This document shows, in pieces, positions 50,460 to 58,867 of a DNA stretch of 64,000 nt (its first letter is position 1; each line of letters begins with the position of its first letter). Origin of the DNA: Hyaloraphidium curvatum SAG 235-1 (Eukaryota > Fungi > Monoblepharomycota); the NCBI GenBank assembly GCA_025558095.1, contig JAIVFI010000026.1:62001-126000 (forward strand), read 5' to 3'. Position numbers and translations under genes: made by a program. Below the pieces are notes generated by a model, which saw only the letters and a list, made by a program, of their open reading frames with translations, was not told where the DNA came from and ran no database searches.

Positions 50460-51536
50460 TCAAACAGTGCGATTCCGCAAACGCGCCGGAAGAGTCACCT
50501 GCCACCACTGAGTTTCGAGGTCACGCTGCTTCAAAGCTCGGTAGGATAGCGTCTTGACCGCGAACCCTAACACCTCCACGCGCTTGAGCTTCCGCAAAGA
50601 CATAATGCCAGGAAGCACGTGGCTGTCCGGAATCTCGTGCATGGGACTGCGGCATGACACGATTATTGTCTGGATCTCCACGTACTCCACGTTCCTGGGA
50701 AGCGTAAACCTCGCGTAGTTGTCAGACTCCATGGTCGGCAACGCGAGCGACCACACGTGTTTCTGCACCCGTAGTAGCTTCCGGCAGCCCGAGATCCCCG
50801 AAAGTGCGAGCCTCCGAAGCTCCGTCCCCGAATCGCCACAAGCGTTGCAGACCTGCTTGAAAACGCGCGGCCCGGCCTTCAGCGTCGTCAAGCGACGCGC
50901 CACTTCAGTGGGCATTTCACAAGCAAGCTCTCTCTCCGATGTTTGGAGACCCCACGACCCGAGACCGTGGAAGAGCGCCTTCTCAACGCATCCCAGAACC
51001 CCTTTCAGGACTTTAGCGCCCCCGGTTACGCCAATCTCCAGGTACGACAAGCGGGAGACAACCACTTCCAACATCCCGAGGGACGGAAGGAAGGCGAGGT
51101 CGACGTTGGTGAGGGTGAGCTGCCTTTGGTGCTCCGCGGGGTCGTGCCTTGTGAGGAGAAGGCGCAGCTCTCGCGCGCGAAATGAGGGATTAAGGCCGAT
51201 GGCGAGGCTGTGGAGGTGCGGCAGGGCTATCTTGAGGAACTGAAGCTCAGGGTGAAGGGCGGCGGGGTCGTTGCCAAAAGGAACTTGGGGATCCAGTGTC
51301 AAGTGCCTCGTGACCACATGAATAAGTTCCTCCGTGCCTTCGTGCACCACCGAATCGAAGTAGTCGGCAGCTGTGCGCGAGCTTGGGGGTCGGACGCTCC
51401 GCAAGGCCACGTCCAAAACCGCGGCGCGGATCTCCTTGCCCGTGCTCGCGAGCGCGACTCGCGCATTAGGGTCCAGGAAACGCGCGATTTCCTTCAGAAC
51501 CTCCGGTGGGCAGCTCCGAAGAGCGCGTCCCGACAT
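50460..51536 (-). CDS. F-box protein with degenerate LRR-like region (cargo)
   Basis: LRSCPPEVLKEIARFLD...LASTGKEIR. Confidence 0.65.
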   Translation of the reverse strand: MSGRALRSCPPEVLKEIARFLDPNARVALASTGKEIRAAVLDVALRSVRPPSSRTAADYFDSVVHEGTEELIHVVTRHLTLDPQVPFGNDPAALHPELQFLKIALPHLHSLAIGLNPSFRARELRLLLTRHDPAEHQRQLTLTNVDLAFLPSLGMLEVVVSRLSYLEIGVTGGAKVLKGVLGCVEKALFHGLGSWGLQTSERELACEMPTEVARRLTTLKAGPRVFKQVCNACGDSGTELRRLALSGISGCRKLLRVQKHVWSLALPTMESDNYARFTLPRNVEYVEIQTIIVSCRSPMHEIPDSHVLPGIMSLRKLKRVEVLGFAVKTLSYRALKQRDLETQWWQVTLPARLRNRTV

Positions 51537-51834
51537 GGTCACGGTGGGCAAGATCCGGGACCCGAGAAACGGTTCGGACCTCGGCTGATCGCCGCCTTGC
51601 GATCGGACGAGCGGATCCATGCAGACGGGCGAGGATGCCCGAGCGGATAGAAAACGGACTAAAAAGGGATATGAAACAGATTTCAAACGAGTTCAAAACG
51701 GATGTCAATGAGATGGCGAACGGATTGAATGCGCATCCATCTGAAGCCTGCGGCCCCTCTAGGATGGTAATGCCAGTGAGTGAACGTCATGAACAAGGCG
51801 ATACTCTTCGAGTTTGTGCACTGTCGCTCAGGGA

Positions 51835-52088
51835 TCCCATGAGGCGTCCCATGTCCAGCCCATGTCCTGTGCTTCCAAGCCCTAACCACCTGGGTCTGGA
51901 CGGCCTGGTACATACTATTCCCATGGCCAATCCCATTCTCCGGACTTAGGGGTTAGGCTCCCCATGGAATATTCCCATGCCAGCCCATGTGATTTCCCAT
52001 GTCCAAGCACTTTTCCCATGCAAGTCCCATGCGGGACGGGTTTTCCCATTTGTTTCCCAGGGCTTTCCCATGGAAATTTCTCATAGGG
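51835..52088 (-). repeat. Right subterminal CCCATG array plus TIR
   Basis: About 11 CCCATG copies, the reverse complement of the left array motif. Confidence 0.9.
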
Positions 52089-52911
52089 GAGGACTTTACC
52101 CGTCATCTTGCCGAGATCTCTGCGGAAGCGCAGATCGAGCTCGAGCACGCCCAAGAACTCCAAGTCAAGTACGCGAACCAGCACTGCCTCCCCGCGCCGG
52201 ACTTCAAGGTCGGCGACAAGGTGTGGCTCCTCCGCCGCAACGTCAAGACGACGCGGCCCTCGGACAAGCTCGACTTCAAGCGCCTCGGCCCGTTCCCGAT
52301 TGAGGCCGCGCTTAGCCCCGTCGTCTTCAAGCTCAACCTGCCGAAGCAGCTCAAGATTCACCCCGTCTTTCACGTCTCGATCCTCGAGCCCTACCACGCG
52401 GATCCGTCGCCCGATCGCAAGCAGCCTCCGCCGCCTCCTGTCGCGGTTGACAACGAACTCGAGTTCGAGGTCAAGGAGATCCTCGATTCCAAGTTGCACT
52501 ACAACAAGCTCTTCTACCTCGTCGACCGGCTCGGCTACGACGTCTCGGAGCGCTCGTGGGAACCTGCTGAGAACGTTTCCAACGCGCCCGACGCCGTGCG
52601 CGACTTCCACGCCAAGTACCCCGACAAGCCCGGACCTCAGACCACGCGGCGCGCTCGCGGACGAGCGCCGCAAAGGGGGAGATAATGTCAGGGACTGCGC
52701 CACCCTGGAAGGTTCTGAGGCTTTCCCAGACTCTTCCTGGCTCCGCCACACGCACCTACGCCTCACGCTTGCGCGAACCGGACTATATAAACCGATAGAT
52801 CTTTGCCTGTACAACCCGAACGTTCAGATAGAGTTACAAGCCCCCGTACTCCGTCTCCCCGTTCTCCCGATCCCGCAGGCCAGGACCGGCCTCCCACGGC
52901 CTCTCCTGACA
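52089..52911 (+). mobile_element. 3' remnant of a Ty3/gypsy chromovirus: integrase C-terminus, chromodomain, PPT and 3' LTR
   Basis: FKVGDKVWL..KLD..LGPF..IHPVFHVS, chromodomain FEVKEILDS..YLV..GY..SWEP, and polypurine tract at 52672-52685. Confidence 0.92.
52686..52911 (+). repeat. LTR (226 bp)
   Basis: Starts TGTCAGG immediately after the PPT, ends CCTGACA, and has an internal TATATAA. Confidence 0.8.
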
Positions 52912-53897
52912 TGCCGGCTCGGGGAAGGAGCGGGGCGTGGTCCGACCTTCAGAGGTTGCACCTCCTTCGCTCGGCTCTTTCCGTGATCAACAGCGGCAGC
53001 TGACTGAACGGAGGTGGTCGGGACCTGCGTCTGTCTCCCTTGGCACCGAGTGTCCGACTCGGGACGCTGACGGTCGTGGGAGGCCACAACACTGGCGAAG
53101 ATGGAACGCCGTCCACCTGTGCGGCCAACGAGCGGGAGCATAATGTCGTCTCTATTGTACCTATTCGTAGCGCATTTACCGCCTGTCGCGACCGCTCAGG
53201 CAGCACGGCCCCTCCCGCGGGTCCTGGTCCGCAGCGAGTCGTGCTTGGCACACCCCAACCGAGCAGCCGGTACTCCGACGCCCTGAGCTCAAAATTCCGT
53301 GTCGCGCGGTGCCTGCGTGGTTGCACCGCTCCGCTGGGTTCAAAGCAGCCGGATCCCCGCCGCGGCGAAGGTGGCGGTCCGCGGAGGAGTCCCGCGCGCA
53401 AAACGGCGTCCCCACCCCGGCAAGCCCCAGGAAACACGCGCCGTAGTCCAGCAAGGCGCTGGGACGCGCCGGGCGACGGATCTCCGGCCGGAGCGGGCAG
53501 CGCGACCGCGGTGCGGTCCAACCTGGTCGCCCCGCCGGCGCCGGGTCCCCAACCGTCTGCGGCCGTCCCGCCGCCACCAGTAGCCAGCAGCACATAGTGC
53601 GGCGAGCTGGTGAGCGGCGCGGAGCCAGGAGAGGGGAATTCGGGGTGCGTGATTTGGCGCTCGGCAGAGGCCTTCGAGTCGCCGGCCGGGTCGCCCGGTT
53701 CTCCCAGCCCCCGGCCCCGCGGGGTTCATCCGGGGGTGGTTGAGATACCACCAGGAGCTGCTGCTCAGAGCTCCATCCGGTGCCGATCCGGGGGTTTCCG
53801 GGGGATTCGCGGGGAATTGCGTGCAGGACGGGGGGGGGGGGCAGGAGGGCAGAGGTCTGCATAGGGATTATGCATAATCCCGGGCGTACCCACCATA

Positions 53898-54665
53898 GGG
53901 TGCCCCGCCGACGCTCCGTATCGCGTTGATGCCGGGCAGGACCCTCAGAGAAAGATGTCGGGAAGATCGGCACGGGAAGGGGCCGCTGGCGGGGAGGAGA
54001 TGGAGCGCGGGGCGGTGACCTGATTGAAGCCTCGTCTCGCTCTCTGAGGGTGCCGCGCCGACGCTCCGCATCGCGCTGATGCCGGGAAGGACCCTCAGAG
54101 GGGGTGGTCGGGAAGAGCGGCACAGGAAGGGACGCTGGCGGGGAGGTGATGGAGCGCCGGGCGGTGACCCGATCGAAGCCTCGTCTCGCTCTCTGAGGGT
54201 GCCAGGGCAACGCTTCGAATCGCCCTGATGCCGGGAAGGACTCTCAGAGGGGAAGGCGGCGAGAGGCGGCGGGGCAAGCCTGGAGGCCCCCAAGGCTGGC
54301 TGGAGGGGTTGCGGGGCACCCGCTCGCGAACGGAACGCAGCCTCGCCCGGGGCTCTGAGGGTTCCCCGCCGACTTTCCGTATCGTCCGGATGCCGCAAAG
54401 GACCCCCAGAGAGGGTGGTGGGGAAGAGCGGCACAGGAAGGCGATGCTGGCGGGGAGGAGATGGAGCGCCGGGTGGCGACCGGATCGACGCCTCGCACCG
54501 CGCTCTGAGGGTGCCCCGCCGACGCTCCGTATCGCGTTGATGCCGGGAAGGACCCTCAGAGAGAGAGTGGGGAAGATCGGCACGGGAAGGCGCCGCTGCC
54601 GGGGGAGGAGATGGAGCGTCGGGTGGCGACCGGATCGACGCCTCGCACCGCGCTCTGAGGGTGTC
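53898..54665. repeat. Tandem array of five ~150-bp units with internal inverted repeats
   Basis: Units start GGGT at about 53898, 54048, 54197, 54359 and 54509; arms CTCTGAGGGT...ACCCTCAGAG. Confidence 0.9.
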
Positions 54666-54702
54666 GGCCTGAACCCGCGGCTCTATCCCGCCGCCCCCCT
54701 AG

Positions 54703-55098
54703 TGGGCTCTCTGGCCCGCGTCACTTTGATCAACATATTCCTTTACCACCGACTCGTCGGCGGCTCCTCACCCTCCTCTCCCCTGGACCCCGTCACGTCC
54801 GGCCTCGCCGAGGACGTGCAGACCTCCTTCTCGGTCTTGGGTGCCCTGGCCGGGCGATTCCCACGCACCCCTGTCCCACCGCAGCTCGAGTTCGCCCGCC
54901 GGGTCGCAGCACGGGCTGGGGTCGCGGGCGCGGAGTTGGACGGGGCGCACGGCAGGGACGGGGTAGGCGAGCGGGCGTTCGAGGACGGGGCGGCGGCGCT
55001 GGGGAAGCTGTTGGAGGCGGCGTACGGCGCGCGGGCGGGCGGCGGGGGAGGACGTCGGGCTCCGGTCGCTCGCCGGGCCACGATAGTGCGGGGATAGT
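54703..55098 (+). pseudogene. Probable orphan 3' fragment of a host gene
   Basis: A protein-like frame (LARVTLINIFLYHRL...TIVRG*) begins abruptly after the repeat array and CTAG. Confidence 0.35.
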
Positions 55099-55193
55099 GA
55101 GCGGGGCTCAACGGGCGATCATGTGCGAGCGGCGGGGCGGGGGGGCGGGGCGGGGAAGATAGCAGTGTATGAAGAAATGATGCGTGTGAGTGA

Positions 55194-57398
55194 CTAGGCC
55201 GCCACCCGGCGGGCGAGCTCGACAATGACGTCCGCGGCCAGCCTGGCGTCGTCCAGCGTCGTCTTCCACGACGACACGCTCACGCGCATCGCCGTGGCGC
55301 CCCCCCACTGCGTGGCACCGCACCAGATCCGCCCGTCGGCCTGCACGGCGGCGATCAGCGCCTCGGTCGTCGGCCCGTCGACGTGGCGCACGAGGACCTG
55401 GTTGAGCACGACGTCGTTTAGCACCGTGAGCCCGGCAGCGCGGAGGCCCTGGCCGATCAAGGCGGCGGCATCACACGCGCGGGCCACCAGATCGGCGACG
55501 CCGCGGCGGCCGAGCGTGCGCAGCGCAGCCCACACCTCGACCTGGCGCGCTCGCTGCGACGACTGGGGGGTGTGGTGCATCGCCTCGAACGCGCCGTCGG
55601 CCGGGGGAAGGTAGCCGGCGGCGGCGGTGAATGTGCGGCGGAGGTCCGCGAGGTCGCGCACGAACGCGATGCCGCAGTCGTACGTGACGTTGAGCCACTT
55701 GTGCCCGTCCGTGGCCCACGAGTCGGCGCGGTCGAGGCCCTTCACGAGCGCGGCACGAGAAGGGTCGGCGAGCGCCCACAGGCCGAATGCGCCGTCCACG
55801 TGAAGCCACCCGCCCTTGGGCCGGGCCGCCAGCCAGTCCGCGATGGCGTCGAACGGGTCGAACGCGCCGGTGTTGACCTCGCCCGCCTGGGCGCACACGA
55901 GCACGGGCCCGGGTAGATCCGGCAGCAGCTCGGCGCGAAGGCGCCCCTGGTCGTCGGCGGGCACGACGTGCACCCGCCTCCTGCCGAGGCCGACGAGGCC
56001 GAGCGACTTGGCCAGCGTCGAGTGGGCCTTTTCGCACACCACCACGTCGAGGGGCGGGGCGCCGAACAGACCGTCGGCCTGCACGTCCCAGCCCATGCGG
56101 TAGAGGAGGGCGTCGCGGGCTGCGGCGAGGCAAGATGCATTGGCGACCGTGGCTCCGCTGACAAATGCGACGCCGGTCGAGGCGGGCAGTCGAAGCACGT
56201 CGACCAGCCAGCCGCGCACGACGTCGTGCAGCTCCGACGCCACCGGCGACATGGCCGGCAGCGCGGCGTTCTGGTCCCATGCGGCCGTCAGCCAGGCGGC
56301 GCCCAGTGCCGCGGGCAGCGTGGCGCCGTTGACGAATCCGAAGTAGCGCGCGCCGGTGGAGGCCATCGTTGCTGGGCTTCCGGCGGCGTGAAGCAGACGC
56401 AGCGTCTCCACCGCATCGGATCCGGCGTCGCCCAGCGCCTCCCGAAACAAGGCCAGGCCGGTCAAAGCCTCGGCGTCGGGCGCGGCACGTCGGGCATCGA
56501 TGGTGCCGGCGTATTCGAGGGCCGCCTCGGCAGCGACGCGCAGCAGGGCCTCGGAGTCACGGTCCGGCCGACGACAGGCCACGACGATGCGCGTGATTCC
56601 CCCGAGCCTGATCATCCCGCTCCCGCGATCGCGGTGGCCGGCGGCCTCCGTCACCAGCTCGCGCTCCCACGCGTCCTGCGCGTCCCTTGGCACCTCCGCG
56701 AGCAGCCTCCCCATGCCGAAATCCTTGCACCAGGCCACCAGCTCGGCGTCCGACGTCGCCTCCATAACCGGCACGTGGAGCTCTTCGCTGCGCTCGACGG
56801 CGAACCCGGCCGCCTGCAAGTCGCGGCGCAAACGCGCTTCGTCTGCGTAGAAAAACGTGCCCGGCGCGTTCATGTCTGGCTCCTGTACCGCAACGAACCG
56901 CGAGAGCACTCTCCGGGGCAGGGACCAGTACTCCACGAGCTCAGGCTGGCCCCAGACGGCGAGTACCAGCTTGGCCCCGGGCGCCATCGCCTTTCGTGCG
57001 GCTACAAGGGCGTCGACGGGCAGTTCCATGTACTGTAACCCCCATCGGCAGAGAACGGCTTGAAATGGCGCGCCGGGCGGCACCGCATCGTGATCCGCGA
57101 GACTTGACGCGCCGCCCTCGATCAGACGGAGGTTCCGCACGCCCTCCGCATCGGCCCGCTCGCGGGCCATGCGCAGCATCGCGGCGTCGGGATCGATCCC
57201 CACGACTTCGCCGCCCGGTGCGACGCGCTTGGCGGCGCGCACCGCGGGCTCTCCGCGGCCGGTGGCGAGGTCGAGCACCCGCATCCCGGGGCGCAGCCCG
57301 GCGAGCTCGAGCATGCGCTCGCTCAGGGGGGCGCTGAGGCGCGCTTCCGCGGCGTCGTAGCGGCGCCAGAGGGCCTCGAGGCCGGGCGGCGTGGCCAT
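55194..57398 (-). CDS. Fusion of a class I SAM methyltransferase and a group II PLP-dependent amino-acid decarboxylase (734 aa, intronless)
   Basis: N-terminal VLDLATGRGE..VVGID; C-terminal RYFGFVNG, WDQN, HVDGAFG and SWATDGHKWLNV (PLP lysine). Confidence 0.9.
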   Translation of the reverse strand: MATPPGLEALWRRYDAAEARLSAPLSERMLELAGLRPGMRVLDLATGRGEPAVRAAKRVAPGGEVVGIDPDAAMLRMARERADAEGVRNLRLIEGGASSLADHDAVPPGAPFQAVLCRWGLQYMELPVDALVAARKAMAPGAKLVLAVWGQPELVEYWSLPRRVLSRFVAVQEPDMNAPGTFFYADEARLRRDLQAAGFAVERSEELHVPVMEATSDAELVAWCKDFGMGRLLAEVPRDAQDAWERELVTEAAGHRDRGSGMIRLGGITRIVVACRRPDRDSEALLRVAAEAALEYAGTIDARRAAPDAEALTGLALFREALGDAGSDAVETLRLLHAAGSPATMASTGARYFGFVNGATLPAALGAAWLTAAWDQNAALPAMSPVASELHDVVRGWLVDVLRLPASTGVAFVSGATVANASCLAAARDALLYRMGWDVQADGLFGAPPLDVVVCEKAHSTLAKSLGLVGLGRRRVHVVPADDQGRLRAELLPDLPGPVLVCAQAGEVNTGAFDPFDAIADWLAARPKGGWLHVDGAFGLWALADPSRAALVKGLDRADSWATDGHKWLNVTYDCGIAFVRDLADLRRTFTAAAGYLPPADGAFEAMHHTPQSSQRARQVEVWAALRTLGRRGVADLVARACDAAALIGQGLRAAGLTVLNDVVLNQVLVRHVDGPTTEALIAAVQADGRIWCGATQWGGATAMRVSVSSWKTTLDDARLAADVIVELARRVAA

Positions 57399-57606
57399 GG
57401 GTGACCGCGTCCGGAGGGAGTCTCAAAACGCCGCGGTGGCGCGGTCGTGCTCATGGCTCGGCCGAAGGATGAAATGCGCGGCAGAGACGAGCTCAAATCA
57501 TCGAACAAGAAACCCGACAAAACGTGCGAAAGCTCGACTCTGTCCCATCCGTGCCGTTACGCCCGGTGACATGCCCTCGCTCCATCCCAACCCCGGTCCC
57601 TCTGCC

Positions 57607-58764
57607 TCACTTGCCGACGGTGATTCTGATCAGCCCCATCCTCCCTCCCCCCGGCCCGCCCAGCTCCACGATCTCGTCCCCGCACGCGTCCCACAGCCTC
57701 TCGGGCGGAACGAGGTACGTGCCAAAGTCCTGGTTGACGTCGGCGATCCCCACCAGGTCTTCGCCCTGGAGGTACGAGAGCACGGGCGACCAGTGCACCT
57801 TCATCCTGCCCGCCGCGCGCTCGGCGTCCGTGGCGGAAGGGTCGCCGAAGAAGAGCGGGTACCGGTGGAAGCACACGATGTGCCGGAAGCGCGGCGAAGA
57901 CATGCCGGTCCGGATCTCGGCGAGGAAAGCCTCCTTGTCCAGCTTGGTGAGGTCCTCGACGTTTGCGATGAGGGCCATGGGCACCTCGCGCTGCACGCGG
58001 CGGAGGAGGTCGAGCATGGTGGGCACCGAGACGTACCCCGGCACGGGCGGGTACGCGAGGATGCCGACGTGGAAGGGGTCGCCTGTGTTGACGGTGCCGG
58101 TGGCCATGAAGGAGATGGAGGCGAGGACCGAGTTGATGGTCGCGTAGCCGCAGTAGCCTTGACGGGCGGGAGGCATCAGCGAGGGCTTTGCGCGCGCTGG
58201 CGCGGCAAACCCACCCGAGATGGGCTGGTAGCAGATGTGCTGGAAGTACTTGGCCGGGATCTGCACCATCATCTGCTCGAGCAGCGCGGGCGCCTGGTAG
58301 GGCGGCTCCTCGCGCACGTCGGGGAAAGTCTTGAACTCGTTCGTCGTGCCGTTCCGCGTCCACGAGCGGATCTGCAGCCAGCGGCGGCCGACCAGGACGG
58401 CCGAGACGGCGGCCAGCGTGGTGGGCACCACCGCAAGGGCGCGGGCGGGGGTCAGGCGGTCCCGGAACAAGACGACGAGCGCGGTCTGCGCGCGAGTGGG
58501 GCAGCCCGAACACGAATGTCAGGCCACATCAAGGCTGCCCGGCAGGCGGATCCCCACCGAGATGACAGCCGTCGGCAGCCGCACGCCGCTCTCCTCGACG
58601 AACGTCCCGAGCATCGCCGCAATCAGCCGCAGCGCCTTTGCCGACAGCAGCGACGGCGGCATCGAGGTGACGGCGTCCCGCCGCGCATCGTCCTCGGAGT
58701 GCACGATGCGGATCGGGAAGCCGCGGCCCGACGACGGTATTGCGAGGGAAAACAGTGCCGCCAT
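57607..58764 (-). CDS. Phytochelatin-synthase-like papain-fold protein with an N-terminal hydrophobic extension
   Basis: Spliced QPISGYCG..INSVL (Cys), HWSPV (His), IADVN (Asp), LVP.ERLW.A; two introns. Confidence 0.75.
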
Positions 58765-58867
58765 CGCCGTCCCTCTCTCCGGGGCGGGCGGGCGATTGGG
58801 GGACGCAGTGCAAGTCCCTTGCCCCTAGCAATTTCCCTATCCGCTCTGCCAGGGAACCTCGAACACG

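Larger units (their letters stand above)
32687..52088 (+). mobile_element. Giant (19.4 kb) CMC/CACTA-EnSpm-like DNA transposon with cargo genes
   Basis: Perfect 12-bp TIRs CCCTATGAGAAA (32687-32698) and TTTCTCATAGGG (52077-52088), inverted subterminal repeat arrays and an internal CMC transposase. Confidence 0.9.

Noticed and set aside
51880-51957. Telomere-like CCCTAACC / TTAGGGGTTAGG
   Set aside because: Only one or two imperfect units; not enough to call telomeric.
53898-54665. CRISPR-like array or hammerhead ribozyme repeats
   Set aside because: Linkers are mostly homologous rather than unique spacers, units are about 150 bp, and no cas genes are present. CTGATGCC does not match the hammerhead CUGAUGA core.
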